A stretch of 63,719 nucleotides of DNA, the filler included. It is 8 parts of 8 records of this genome, joined end to end, with 100 filler letters (N's around TTAATTAATTAA, not from the genome) between each part and the next. Parts side by side here need not be neighbours in the genome. Positions count along the whole stretch, not along the records: positions 10,059 to 20,176 come from SRR31156797_23769; positions 20,277 to 30,458 come from SRR31156797_23785; 6 more parts are not named here. The stretch is one strand, 5' to 3'. The notes under the pieces were generated by a model that saw only the letters and a list, made by a program, of their open reading frames with translations, was not told the origin of the DNA and searched no databases. Positions 10,059 to 20,648 of the stretch are shown here, one piece after another. Both the position numbers and the translations under genes were made by a program. Numbering within the stretch: the first letter of the stretch is position 1; every line of letters begins with the position of its first letter.

Positions 10059-10901
10059 ACCACCAGAGTGCTTGTTCATCGCGCTCTTGGAAGACATTCC
10101 GTAGAACTTCATGAACATTTCACCGTTCTTCTCGATGATTTCGCCACCAGCTTCTTCGTGACCAGCTAGCATACCGCCAAGCATTACGAAGTCTGCACCG
10201 CCACCGAATGCTTTTGCTACATCACCAGGGCAAGTACAACCACCATCTCCAATAATACGACCACCCAAGCCGTGAGCGGCATCTGCACATTCAATAATTG
10301 CTGAAAGCTGCGGGTAACCCACACCAGTCTTAACGCGAGTAGTACATACAGAACCAGGGCCGATACCGACTTTAACAATGTCTGCACCCGCTAGAATAAG
10401 CTCTTCAACCATATCACCAGTTACTACGTTACCAGCAACAATGACTTTATTTGGGAAAGCGTTACGTACTTTTTCTACGTATTCTACAAGGTGCTCTGAG
10501 TAACCATTCGCAATGTCAATACAGATGAAAACGAGATCTTCGCTCAACGCCATGACATCTTTGGTTTTTTGAAAATCGTTATCTGAAGTACCGGTTGATA
10601 CCATTGCATTGTTGAGAGTGTTGACGTCAGCCTTACTTACAAACTCGGCCCAATCAGCCACACTGTAGTGTTTATGAATTGCAGTCATTACACCGTGTTT
10701 AGCTAGCGCTTCCGCCATTTCAAAGCTACCTACAGAGTCCATGTTGGCTGCAATAACAGGAACACCAGACCATTGACGACCACTGTGCTTGAATGTAAAC
10801 TCGCGGGTTAAATTTACTTGAGAGCGGCTTTTGAGGGTAGAACGTTTCGGGCGAAACAGGACATCTTTGAAACCTAACTTAAGTTCTTGTTCGATACGCA
10901 T
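10059..10901 (-). CDS. guaC: GMP reductase, 3' truncated
   Basis: [44 protein letters not shown]. Confidence 0.97.
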
Positions 10902-10990
10902 TGTGTAATTCCTTGATTAATTCACAGTTTGTGTCTCTTTTGCAGAGTGCGTAGTGAAGACGTTGGCAGACGTCACCACATTTCGGACAC

Positions 10991-11025
10991 AAAAAAACCG
11001 GAGCGTTGGCAGACGCTCCGGTTTT
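10991..11025 (-). terminator. terminator-like hairpin in the guaC leader
   Basis: Minus strand AAAACCGGAGCG-TCTGCCAA-CGCTCCGGTTTTTTT. Confidence 0.6.
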
Positions 11026-11029
11026 CAGC

Positions 11030-11057
11030 ATTATAGGCCGTGATTTTTTTCCGGCAA
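11030..11057 (-). promoter_or_regulatory. sigma70 promoter for guaC
   Basis: TTGCCG-N16-TATAAT on the minus strand. Confidence 0.6.
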
Positions 11058-11465
11058 GTCTGATATTTGAATTTTTTTTATGCTACGCTGACGAAGATTT
11101 CATATCTTTAGTCTTGTCATTGGCTACTCCTTACCAGCAATCAGAACAACACTCCGTTTATCAACAAGTTAACTCCAAACGTCAATTTTCCATTGATTTA
11201 CAAACGCTGACGTAAACGTTTAACCTCAATCGCTACATGTTCATTTCGTGAACCAAGTCACTCTAATAAGAAAACCACACCCATCAAATAATGCTTATTT
11301 TTCATACAAATATTGATTGATCACAACTTTTTATTTGTGCGAATACTAAAAACATGAAGAGGTTTATATCTTGCTTATAATTGAACAGCCAAAATTTAAA
11401 AGCTAGAACGCAAACAAGAGTGTCAAAAGGCACCAAAGCCGTTCGGTTGGCAGTGGAGAATTACG

Positions 11466-12026
11466 ATGAAAAAAAATGGATTATTTAGCCTATTGTTGCC
11501 AAGTATAATCATTACAGCGTGCTTTCCTGCGTTTGCAGCGGATAGTCGGCACCAATTTTATGTGAGTAGTAGCTACAACTACCTGGACAACAGTGAATCA
11601 ACAGAAGACGCCTGGGCCACGACCCTTGGCTACAGCTATTTCATTTCTCCATTTCTCGGCGTTGACATAGGCTACACCGATACGGTTTCAAACGGTGCGA
11701 GCTTTCACAACTCAAATGGAGATAACATCGAGGTTAAGTACCGTAGTTATTTCGCCGGAGCCAGAATAGAAAGACCACTTAACAGTTACTCTAGCATTTA
11801 TGCACTAGGCGGTATTGGTCAAACCAACGTGAAAGAAACCAACACCAGTGTTTATCCAGAAACATCGCAGGATTCTTCAGGACTGAACCCCTATTTGGGT
11901 ATTGGCGCAAAAATGCAGCCGATGTTAATGGAAAAACTCGAATTGAGTGTAGAGCTGAAGTATCAGGACTTAGAAGATGAATACTCCTCAGCATCATTTA
12001 ATCTGGGAGCAAAATTTAGTTTGTAA
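11466..12026 (+). CDS. outer-membrane beta-barrel protein (OmpA/Ail-like transmembrane domain)
   Basis: Signal peptide ending AFA; amphipathic strands; C-terminal FNLGAKFSL. Confidence 0.75.
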   Translation: MKKNGLFSLLLPSIIITACFPAFAADSRHQFYVSSSYNYLDNSESTEDAWATTLGYSYFISPFLGVDIGYTDTVSNGASFHNSNGDNIEVKYRSYFAGARIERPLNSYSSIYALGGIGQTNVKETNTSVYPETSQDSSGLNPYLGIGAKMQPMLMEKLELSVELKYQDLEDEYSSASFNLGAKFSL

Positions 12027-12045
12027 AAAATCAGAGCTCTGACAT

Positions 12046-13518
12046 TTAGTTCACCAAACTGCGTAAGTGAGGTAACAAGTCACTCGCAAGCATTCCCCGC
12101 TCACCGCTCTGCTTAGCATTGAGATCGGCAGCTGTACTGTGAATAAGCACACCCGCTTTTGCGGCTTGCAAACCATCAAGTCCCTGCGCTAACAGTGAAC
12201 TGATCACACCGGTAAGAACATCACCCATTCCGCCACTTGCCATTCCGGGATTTCCAGCCAAACAGACGAAAGTTTCTTGGCCATCACTGACTAAAGTCCC
12301 TGCCCCTTTCAACACCACAACACCACCGTAGATTCTCTGTAGCTCCTTGATCGCGCTAAAACGGTCACGTTCCACTTGTTCAACACTGGTATCCAGCAGC
12401 ACTGCCGCTTCTGCTGGGTGAGGAGTAATAATTCTCTCATTATCGATATTCGGATCTTTTGCCAAAAAATGAAGTGCATCAGCATCAAACACTTTAGGCC
12501 CCTTAACGTTTTGTACTTGTGAAACCAAGTCAGCGGCTTTTTCATCGCGACCTAACCCTGGGCCTATCGCAATGACATTACACCAATCAAGTCTCTTGGT
12601 GTTTCCTGATTCCGATTCCCAATCCGAACTCATAATTTCCGGAGCAGAAACCAGCATTGGCGTGACATTAGAAGGATGTAACAACACGGCCGTCAAGCCA
12701 CTTCCGACTCTGGCACAGGCTTGTGCAGCCAGAATAATGGCACCACCTAAACCCGTATTCCCACCAATCAATAACGCTTTACCGTGACTACCTTTGTGTG
12801 AACAAGGCTTTCTTTTGGTCATTACCTGCTTGATCAACTTATTGGGTATTGCATTTAATGTCGGTACGTTTTGCTGATTAAAGCTCTCTTCGACCCCCAG
12901 ACCCGCAAAATGTAACTCACCTACATAATTACGAGCTTGACCAGTCACCAGCCCTTGTTTTAATCCAATAAAACTGATGGTGTGATTCGCTTGAACCGCA
13001 GCACCCAGAACAGCGCCGGTATTGGCACACAAGCCTGATGGCACATCAATTGCGACCACTGGCACACTGTTGTTATTAATGAGTTCAATGAGAGATTTAA
13101 TCGGGGCCCTGACATCACCCGTCAACCCTGTACCAAGTAATCCATCGACGATAAGGTCAACATCTTCTGGAATGCTGTCGTCAAATGGCAGCACATCTCC
13201 ACCATGGTCGAGCCAATGATAGTAAGCAGAAAGTGCGTCCCCTTTAAGGTTTTCGGGGTTACCGTGTTGCCATACCGTTACGTGTACGCCCATAGATTTG
13301 GCTAAACACGCCACAATGTAGCCATCACCACCATTGTTCCCACCACCACAACAAACCAGCCAATGATGCGTTCCCGGATACTGGGCAAACGCAATGGTAA
13401 ACGCCGCTTGGCCAGCTCGTTCCATTAAACTGAACATTTCAAGTCCTGTTGCTTTCGCAGCGAGAACCTCACCATTTTTAACTTGTTGAGCAGTGTAAAA
13501 AAATGTCGATAGTGGCAT
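12046..13518 (-). CDS. nnr: bifunctional NAD(P)H-hydrate epimerase/dehydratase
   Basis: LMERAG, GGGNNGGDG, DVPSGL, GPGLG, DADAL, TPHPAEA, GNPGMASGGMGDVLTG. Confidence 0.95.
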   Translation of the reverse strand: MPLSTFFYTAQQVKNGEVLAAKATGLEMFSLMERAGQAAFTIAFAQYPGTHHWLVCCGGGNNGGDGYIVACLAKSMGVHVTVWQHGNPENLKGDALSAYYHWLDHGGDVLPFDDSIPEDVDLIVDGLLGTGLTGDVRAPIKSLIELINNNSVPVVAIDVPSGLCANTGAVLGAAVQANHTISFIGLKQGLVTGQARNYVGELHFAGLGVEESFNQQNVPTLNAIPNKLIKQVMTKRKPCSHKGSHGKALLIGGNTGLGGAIILAAQACARVGSGLTAVLLHPSNVTPMLVSAPEIMSSDWESESGNTKRLDWCNVIAIGPGLGRDEKAADLVSQVQNVKGPKVFDADALHFLAKDPNIDNERIITPHPAEAAVLLDTSVEQVERDRFSAIKELQRIYGGVVVLKGAGTLVSDGQETFVCLAGNPGMASGGMGDVLTGVISSLLAQGLDGLQAAKAGVLIHSTAADLNAKQSGERGMLASDLLPHLRSLVN

Positions 13519-13569
13519 ATACCCACCTACAATTAGAAAACAGAAAAGTGCAATTTAACCGAGCTGTAA

Positions 13570-14013
13570 TTACGATTTATCTTTTAGCACCACTAGCGCT
13601 TCAGCAGTCGTATCTTGAATAGAAAGAAATAAAGAGTTCACTGCCCCAGTCGGTGTTCGCATAGGGTTTAGCGTAATGTTCTGGTACATATAATCAGCTT
13701 GCTGTGTCACGGGGCGAACATTTCGACATTTAAAAAGATATGGGCGTTGCTGCCAGGTAATAAAGCTTCGGCACCCCAAATCATAAACAGGCTTGGTTTT
13801 AAGCTTAAACCACTCCTTGGGAATCTCGGGAAACACCTCAAACAGTGATTTTCCAATCACTTCTTGAGCCATTTTCCCGCTGTGATGGGTCATAAATCCG
13901 TTCCACACCTGAACTGTGTAATCACGGTCAATGACGATCAATCCCATATCGACATTCTGCACCATGTCGACCATCCAATGAAATTGCTCAAATTCTGCTG
14001 GAAGTGACATCAT
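13570..14013 (-). CDS. stand-alone PAS domain protein
   Basis: GLIVIDRDYTVQVWNGFM...GKSLFEVFP; no output domain before the stop. Confidence 0.8.
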   Translation of the reverse strand: MMSLPAEFEQFHWMVDMVQNVDMGLIVIDRDYTVQVWNGFMTHHSGKMAQEVIGKSLFEVFPEIPKEWFKLKTKPVYDLGCRSFITWQQRPYLFKCRNVRPVTQQADYMYQNITLNPMRTPTGAVNSLFLSIQDTTAEALVVLKDKS

Positions 14014-15017
14014 CAGAAATCCTCCATCAAATACGCCAACTTACTATCCAGTAAAGGCAACGACTCATCAACAAACATAAATAACAAATCACATCGAATA
14101 GAAGTATTCTCAATGGTATAGCTGACTTCAAAAGTCATCGTTTTAGTAAACGATCCAGCGGTAGACTGAATAACGGAATCTATAGTGATATGCTGGCCAA
14201 GCAAAACGGGGGAGCTTTGAAAGAAACGAACTTCGGATTGTTCACCTAACCCATTCAGAAATGCGCCAACCAGAATATTGGACACATCCATAAGCAGTTC
14301 CAATTCCTCTAAGTCTTCACTTTCAGCCGGAACCTTCATTAATTTTTTAAGGTCTGAAACACTGGTATCACTAAGCAGTACCAACGCCTCTCCAGCAATA
14401 CCTTCACCACTAAAGCCCTGACATACGCCTGATACTTGATCATTTTCAGCCAAATCCCGCAGCGCCATATGAAGTTCTGTCACTTCGAAGATATTAACGT
14501 TAGGGAGAGGCAAATGAACGAACACATCAAAGTGTCGCGCTAACGCATCCGCAGCACGACCAATTGAAACGTTGGCTACTTCCATATAGATATCACGACG
14601 CCGTAACGCAGGCAGTTCTAACGATATTGGGGTGATAACTTTAGCTTGAGTGCTTGGCTCAACGAATGCTCTAAGCACCTCTTTCAAAGTAGCAAGATCG
14701 ATTGGTTTTTGAATAAAGGCTTTTGCACCTAAATCATTAACACGCTCTTTTGCTTTAGGTTGAATATCACCGGAAACAACAACGACAGGCGTTTTTATTC
14801 CACGCTTTTGCATCTCTTCCAACGTACCAAAGCCGTCAAGCTCTGGCATCGTCAGATCCAAAAACATCAACTTAAAATCTTGTTGTTCAAGAATAGAGAG
14901 TGCTTCTAAACCATGTTCAGCAAAAGTAACTTCAGCGTTCAAAGAAGCAGGAAGAGAACGAGCCATTTGCTTTCGAGCTAAGGCAGAGTCATCACAGATA
15001 AGTACAGGAAATGACAT
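14013..15017 (-). CDS. response regulator with CheC-like C-terminal domain
   Basis: ICDDS, LDLTMP, QKP receiver motifs; EVANVSIGRAA and DVSNILVGA CheC-like repeats. Confidence 0.85.
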   Translation of the reverse strand: MSFPVLICDDSALARKQMARSLPASLNAEVTFAEHGLEALSILEQQDFKLMFLDLTMPELDGFGTLEEMQKRGIKTPVVVVSGDIQPKAKERVNDLGAKAFIQKPIDLATLKEVLRAFVEPSTQAKVITPISLELPALRRRDIYMEVANVSIGRAADALARHFDVFVHLPLPNVNIFEVTELHMALRDLAENDQVSGVCQGFSGEGIAGEALVLLSDTSVSDLKKLMKVPAESEDLEELELLMDVSNILVGAFLNGLGEQSEVRFFQSSPVLLGQHITIDSVIQSTAGSFTKTMTFEVSYTIENTSIRCDLLFMFVDESLPLLDSKLAYLMEDF

Positions 15018-15117
15018 AGTGACACCTTCCCTTTGTTTAACAAGACTCTATAAAGTGTATACCTAAAAGTTACATAATGACTACAACAGAACAGTTAGTT
15101 ATTGATAAATAGAGACT

Positions 15118-15351
15118 TTATGGCCAAAAAGTAAGCACTATAATACGTAATAACACCGCACAGACTAATAAGGCAACACCCAATCGGTACCACTTGTACT
15201 CTGAAACTGACATAGGAATGCGCCGATAGAACATAGTCACAACACCTTTCCAGTCATGACTACGTCGGCCATATTGAGTAATACCCGTTAAGACCATAAT
15301 GATCCCGGCAACGAGTATGCCCTTCTCAATCCAAAACAACATCACATCCAT
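15118..15351 (-). CDS. small membrane hypothetical protein
   Basis: Two hydrophobic helices; AAGGAG RBS upstream. Confidence 0.6.
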   Translation of the reverse strand: MDVMLFWIEKGILVAGIIMVLTGITQYGRRSHDWKGVVTMFYRRIPMSVSEYKWYRLGVALLVCAVLLRIIVLTFWP

Positions 15352-15451
15352 AGTGGTTTCTCCTTACATCTTAACTAGGGGCTATTGACCATAGACAGTG
15401 TATAAAGAAAAACAACTTAGGGCTTTTGGACTATAGTCGAACATAAACGAC

Positions 15452-15476
15452 AAAGAGGGCCATTTAGGCCCTCTTT
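15452..15476. terminator. intrinsic terminator-like inverted repeat
   Basis: AAAGAGGGCC-ATTTA-GGCCCTCTTT just downstream of the 15497-15862 gene. Confidence 0.65.
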
Positions 15477-15496
15477 CATAAGAAAAGATACTTTGA

Positions 15497-15862
15497 TTAA
15501 TGCGTAATCGTCTTGCTGAAAAGTTTCGGTATGCGAGTGATGCTATCGCGATAACTAAACCACAGGTAAGTTGCCACTATCGAGAAGAATAGATACGACA
15601 ACGCAAAGACGAGGGGAGACGTAATCAAATCAGCAGAAAGTCCCCACATCACTCCTACAACGGTCACAGTGAGTTTTGCGAACAACCCGAGAACGAGAAG
15701 CAGAACTGCCAACTGAGGAAAACGCGTGCTGCGGAAAGCAAACCAATAGCAGCTACCGACCGCTAATGCCGCAATAGACATGCCTAACATGAAAGAGTGA
15801 AAATGATCCGCAGATGCTACACCCGCAGAAAGCGACATCATTATGATTAATAGTAATTTCAT
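15497..15862 (-). CDS. hypothetical inner-membrane protein
   Basis: Four hydrophobic segments, 121 aa. Confidence 0.65.
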   Translation of the reverse strand: MKLLLIIMMSLSAGVASADHFHSFMLGMSIAALAVGSCYWFAFRSTRFPQLAVLLLVLGLFAKLTVTVVGVMWGLSADLITSPLVFALSYLFFSIVATYLWFSYRDSITRIPKLFSKTITH

Positions 15863-16305
15863 AGCTTGCCTACCTTAGTGACAGTATGAATCCTTTCATA
15901 TTTGAGAAGTTATTTTGCAGTCATTTTCACCCATATTTCGTTTATTGCAAGCTTGACTATTAAACAATGCTTGTATATTTTGTAAACATTTTTGACATGT
16001 TATTAAATGGTTAAATTAACAATGTCAACACATCAGCTAAACATCCGTAATTAATGGAATTCCACTGTTAGCTTGGTATTTTAGTAACATATATTTAACT
16101 TGAAATAATTACTCTAAATTTGTTACCAAATGTAACCATGCGAGTAATCATCAATTTCAGCTCTAGTTAACTATCATTTTGATTAATAAATCGCCGCATT
16201 GTAGAAACAAGGCGAATTAATTTTTTGTTAAACAGCACTCTGCGCTCGCCAAGATCTCCAGCCTCTGATACTTTTACGCCACTCAAAACCTAGCTCTAGA
16301 ATACG

Positions 16306-17469
16306 ATGCTGTCACAACATAGAATTAACAAAATTGTTGAAATAGGCGACACCCTGCACAGAAGCGGGTGTGCGCCTTATAAAGTTGAAAAATACACTCA
16401 ATTTTACGCACAAAAGCACGGTGTCGACGTCATGATTCAGGCCACGCCGACTGCAATCAACTATCAGTTTCCCGATGATAACAATGCGGTGGTGATGAAG
16501 CGCTTAAAGCCTGCTTCAATAAACCTTAGCTTACTCGCCAATACCATTATTCGTATTAACCAACCGAGTAACGAGCCTGTACCTGAGCCTGTTGGTTATT
16601 CAAAATGGGCAATTGCATTTGCCAATATGGGCATACCGCCAGCGTACTTGATGCTAGTTGGCAGCACCTTAGAAGCGGTCGCTATTTCTGTTGTGTTAGG
16701 CCTGATTGTTTGGCTAAGCCAATTGGTTTGCCATTCCAGACGCGCGATCGCGGCCGAATTTTTGTCTGCCATGCTCACTGGTATTTTTGTCGCTTTTCTC
16801 GCCAGCACAGGTCTGCCGATCCCGGTTTGGGCCCTGTGTGTTGCGGCAGTGATACTGTTTGTTCCAGGGCTATCCATCGCTAACTCTTTAGAGTGTCTAG
16901 CATTCAACGACTTAGTTTCTGGAACCAGCCTTCTCGGTCAAAGTGCCTTAACACTCATCAAACTATTTGTGGGTATCGTAATTGGTCTGAATATCGGTGA
17001 AGCAATATGGGGACAAGCGGTAGCCACCAACTACAAAAATGAAGTGCCAATGCTACTTCACATCTTTGGTTTGTTCCTTTTATCGATATCAATTGGGATC
17101 ATCTTTAATGCCCGACCAAAAGACATCATGCTCGGACTGCCCGTTGCCGTACTCGGGATGTGGGGACCATTCTACTTAGGATTTGATGCTGGTTGGGTAG
17201 TCGGTACTTGGGTAACAACCGTGCTTATTACTCTATATGGAACCTGGATAGCGAAAAAAATGGAGCTCACAGGCTCCATCTATATAGTGCAAGGGATAAT
17301 TATTCTGGTACCGGGCAGCCGAGTCTTAATCAGTGCAAGTCAGTCGGTTTTTGAGCAGTCAATACTGCCTATTCCAAGTATCGGCCTCTCGGCACTGTTT
17401 ATGTTCTCAGCCATTGTTGCAGGGCAGATCACCGCCTACTCGCTCTATTCGCCGAAAATCGATCGCTAA
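16306..17469 (+). CDS. threonine/serine exporter (ThrE) family protein
   Basis: GDTLHRSG..YKVE N-terminus; LFVPGL and ILVPGS repeats; about 10 TM segments. Confidence 0.85.
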   Translation: MLSQHRINKIVEIGDTLHRSGCAPYKVEKYTQFYAQKHGVDVMIQATPTAINYQFPDDNNAVVMKRLKPASINLSLLANTIIRINQPSNEPVPEPVGYSKWAIAFANMGIPPAYLMLVGSTLEAVAISVVLGLIVWLSQLVCHSRRAIAAEFLSAMLTGIFVAFLASTGLPIPVWALCVAAVILFVPGLSIANSLECLAFNDLVSGTSLLGQSALTLIKLFVGIVIGLNIGEAIWGQAVATNYKNEVPMLLHIFGLFLLSISIGIIFNARPKDIMLGLPVAVLGMWGPFYLGFDAGWVVGTWVTTVLITLYGTWIAKKMELTGSIYIVQGIIILVPGSRVLISASQSVFEQSILPIPSIGLSALFMFSAIVAGQITAYSLYSPKIDR

Positions 17470-17515
17470 TCGGTCTGACCATTCAGATCAAAAGAGCCCT
17501 ATTCGAAAACCTCTA

Positions 17516-17722
17516 CTAAGCGGCTTTTGAATAGGGCTCTTTCCCTTTATGCTTCATCTTACGGTTGAAACTACCTTTACCTTTCTTCGCTTTCTCTACT
17601 CGTTGTTTAAATAGTGGACTCGTCACCACCGCTTTTAATGCATTGTCGCGAATTTTTCCTCGACCAAACTCGGTATCATAAACTTCATTTTGGTCAGGAT
17701 AATTTGATGTTTTCTTCATCAC
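17516..17722 (-). CDS. arfA: alternative ribosome-rescue factor A
   Basis: [36 protein letters not shown]. Confidence 0.92.
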   Translation of the reverse strand: MMKKTSNYPDQNEVYDTEFGRGKIRDNALKAVVTSPLFKQRVEKAKKGKGSFNRKMKHKGKEPYSKAA

Positions 17723-18079
17723 AAACTCCTTAATGTTGTTCGCTGCGCATTCTGCGCTAACTATTTAGATAGTCAATGGTTTATTTATAGCCACCGCACC
17801 TTTTTTATTAATGCACCCAAATTAATTTGCAAAGAAATGCCGAACAGTGCAAAAAAATGCTCGAAACATGTTTCATCGGTACGACAGACGTCAAGAACCC
17901 ATTGACAAGCTGTTTCAATAGCCTAGACTCGGGGTTAGCTAGAAAGAAGTTCTTTGTATACACATTGTTTCGTTGGATTACTTGTAACTCCCCCGTCGTG
18001 TCGTACGCAATAGCAATCTATTTTTCCACGCTATCAGCGCCCTAATCGGCTTTAAAGTAAAAATTTTAGGAAAAGAAAT

Positions 18080-18289
18080 ATGTCTACACCTGTTACTGGT
18101 ACCGTTAAATGGTTCAACGAAACAAAAGGTTTTGGTTTCATCAAGCAAGAAAACGGCCCTGACGTTTTCGCACACTTCAGTGCAATTCAAAGCGAAGGTT
18201 TCCGTACTCTAGCTGAAGGTCAAAAAGTTGAGTTCGTTGTAACTCAAGGCCAAAAAGGCCCACAAGCTGAAAGCATTAAAGTTATCTAA
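18080..18289 (+). CDS. cold-shock protein (CspA family)
   Basis: [24 protein letters not shown]. Confidence 0.97.
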   Translation: MSTPVTGTVKWFNETKGFGFIKQENGPDVFAHFSAIQSEGFRTLAEGQKVEFVVTQGQKGPQAESIKVI

Positions 18290-18311
18290 TTTTAATTGCT
18301 AAGCATATTCT

Positions 18312-18337
18312 AAGAGCCAGCTTCTGCTGGCTCTTTT
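18312..18337 (+). terminator. intrinsic terminator after csp
   Basis: AAGAGCCAGC-TTCT-GCTGGCTCTTTT. Confidence 0.8.
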
Positions 18338-18555
18338 CGTTTTAGACGACTTTTCTATACAACCCAGCCAACCGCGATGAGTTGAACAATACTCCTGACA
18401 TGTCTAATAACCTCTCAACGTATTAACCTGACTGTATTTTTAGTCATTGCTGCTATAGCTATGCACGCTTATTGCGATATACTGAGTCCATTGAATTAAG
18501 AGTCGTAGCAGAAGCCCCTTATGTCTGTTTCGGCTATTTGGAACCTTCTAAGCAC

Positions 18556-19098
18556 ATGGCTTTAAAACCCACAATTTATAAATTTCGCATCGCGTTAACC
18601 GATCTCAATCGTGATCACTATGACTCTTTAAATCTCACGGTGGCTTTACACCCTTCAGAAACAAACGAAAGAATGATGGCGAGGCTGATGGCATTCTGTC
18701 TCAATGCACATCCCGATCTTGAGTTCACTAAAGGTATATCAACCACAGCAGAGCCGGATATCTGGCAACAGAACCTTTCTGGACGTTCTGAGCTATGGAT
18801 TGAACTGGGAGAGCCTGATGTAGAGCGCGTTAAGAAAGCAACGCGTTTAGCCGATGTAGTTAAAGTCTACACCTATCAAACACGTTCAGATGTGTGGTGG
18901 AACCAGAATCAAGGTAAACTCGGCTATCTACCCGCTGAGATTATTCGCTTTGACCCTGAGTCCATCGACCAGCTATCGGCCAATCCAACAAGAACAGCAG
19001 ACATGTCAGTCATGATCACCGGGCATTCTCTGTTTGTTGAAGGCGACATGGGCAGTTTTGAAATCACGTACGATGTTCTCCAAGCTCTACCAGAATAA
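18556..19098 (+). CDS. yaeQ: YaeQ family protein
   Basis: MALKPTIYK, HPSETNERMMARL, EPDIW, WIELGEP; start moved to ATG 18556. Confidence 0.92.
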   Translation: MALKPTIYKFRIALTDLNRDHYDSLNLTVALHPSETNERMMARLMAFCLNAHPDLEFTKGISTTAEPDIWQQNLSGRSELWIELGEPDVERVKKATRLADVVKVYTYQTRSDVWWNQNQGKLGYLPAEIIRFDPESIDQLSANPTRTADMSVMITGHSLFVEGDMGSFEITYDVLQALPE

Positions 19099-19130
19099 AA
19101 AAATAGCCTGAACTTTCAGGCTATTTTTTT
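19097..19130. terminator. bidirectional terminator between yaeQ and the mscS-family gene
   Basis: A7-TAGCCTGAA-CT-TTCAGGCTA-T7. Confidence 0.85.
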
Positions 19131-19143
19131 GTACGTGTTGTCG

Positions 19144-20013
19144 TTAGTGGCCGATAGCAGCTCTATCTAGCACAGTATCTCTTGGAAACTGCTGCTCATA
19201 CAGCTCCATAAAATCTTTTCGGATTAACTGTTCGAAATGAGTTGCTCGTTCAGTGGGGCAAAAGATCTTGATATGAACGACCTGTTCACCTGCCGCTTCG
19301 CTGGTGATCTCTACGTGGGGGTCAGCGCCCGGAAGGTCTACGCCAGCATGCTTTTCTATCATACTGTTGTAGCGACGGGCAACATCAATAAAGTGAGAGA
19401 AATGCTCCTCGATTCGCTTATAAATCGATGGGACGATCGGAAACAAATTCACAAACTCAGGCACAACAATCGTAATGTCATGGAACACGTAGCGCTTCAT
19501 GAAATTTAGATTCTTTACCGGATGAATAAAGAACATACTATTCGGTAGTGTGGCCGTCTTACCGGTAAAGTGATAAGAACCTTTTTGTAGTGCTATCTCT
19601 TGTATCACCGTTGCCATTAGATTGTGCTCAATCACTTCACCACTGATAGAGCCTACCTCAATCCAATCACCAATTCGGAATGAACGTGAACTGGCTCTTT
19701 GAATCGATCCAGTAAAACAGAGGATGATCTCTTTCGAGGCAACAACAATCGCAACCGCAATCGCAGTAACCGATAAAGCAAACTCACTGATCTCAGACTG
19801 CCAAAGCATGAACAATAAAATTAACGTAACGATGAAGGTGCCATTCTTAGTTCGAGACATCCAGTTTCGTTGCTTTTCGCTAATGAATGCCACATCACCA
19901 CGGATCTGTGACAATACCAATCGACGTAGCAGTAAAATGAATAAAATAATCAGTAACGTCAATATCATTTTGTGCGTTAGTAAAAATTCTACTACCGCGC
20001 TAACTTTTTCCAT
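19144..20013 (-). CDS. mechanosensitive channel MscS family protein
   Basis: Three TM segments, then FRIGDWIEVGSISGEVIE, TLPNS; start moved to ATG 20013. Confidence 0.88.
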   Translation of the reverse strand: MEKVSAVVEFLLTHKMILTLLIILFILLLRRLVLSQIRGDVAFISEKQRNWMSRTKNGTFIVTLILLFMLWQSEISEFALSVTAIAVAIVVASKEIILCFTGSIQRASSRSFRIGDWIEVGSISGEVIEHNLMATVIQEIALQKGSYHFTGKTATLPNSMFFIHPVKNLNFMKRYVFHDITIVVPEFVNLFPIVPSIYKRIEEHFSHFIDVARRYNSMIEKHAGVDLPGADPHVEITSEAAGEQVVHIKIFCPTERATHFEQLIRKDFMELYEQQFPRDTVLDRAAIGH

Positions 20014-20043
20014 GCATATACCTAAGACATTAATTAACCAAAT

Positions 20044-20076
20044 AAAAAAGCGTTGGCACCTATTGATACCAACGCT
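20044..20076 (-). terminator. intrinsic terminator of an upstream, truncated gene
   Basis: Minus strand AGCGTTGGTA-N8-TGCCAACGCT followed by a T run. Confidence 0.6.
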
Positions 20077-20176
20077 AAGTATATCCAACTAACAAGCTTG
20101 GGAAAGCGTTTTTTTGTTATACCTAAGTGACTTCAAGATACAGAGGTTCAGAGCTGCATCAACGAGTTCAGGTCAA

Positions 20177-20276
20177 NNNNNNNNNNNNNNNNNNNNNNNN
20201 NNNNNNNNNNNNNNNNNNNNTTAATTAATTAANNNNNNNNNNNNNNNNNNNNNNNNNNNNNNNNNNNNNNNNNNNN
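20177..20276. other. artificial contig spacer
   Basis: N44-TTAATTAATTAA-N44. Confidence 0.99.
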
Positions 20277-20648
20277 TTCTACAACATGGTCTTCAGCGGA
20301 ACCTACGGCGGAGACGCCGAATCACTGCTTGACGCCCTGAACGGCATAGAGGCGGAGCTGGGGCGAAACCGGGAGGAAGAGAGAGCCAAGGGCCCCAGGA
20401 CCATGGATCTGGACATCCTGCTCTTCGGCGAGGAGAAGAGATCTGACGAACGCCTGGTGATTCCCCATCCGGGGGTGACAGAAAGGGCTTTCGTCCTTCG
20501 TCCGCTCCTTGAAATCATGCCGGATGACGAGGAATCCTACTTTTCATATAAGGACGCTTTGGATAAACTGTCTGGTCAGGAGCTGTACTGCCGGGAAGAC
20601 CGCAGGAGCAGCGATTTCTTTCTGGATGACGGAGGTGAGCATCTGTGA
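20277..20648 (+). CDS. folK: 2-amino-4-hydroxy-6-hydroxymethyldihydropteridine pyrophosphokinase, 5' truncated
   Basis: IEAELGR, GPRTMDLDILLF, IPHP..ERAFVL.PL. Confidence 0.9.
   Translation, partial: FYNMVFSGTYGGDAESLLDALNGIEAELGRNREEERAKGPRTMDLDILLFGEEKRSDERLVIPHPGVTERAFVLRPLLEIMPDDEESYFSYKDALDKLSGQELYCREDRRSSDFFLDDGGEHL

Noticed and set aside
20088-20176. Possible C-terminus of an HD-GYP-like gene (PELVDAAL...) at the contig end
   Set aside because: Frame is closed by a TGA at the contig edge; too little sequence to support a call
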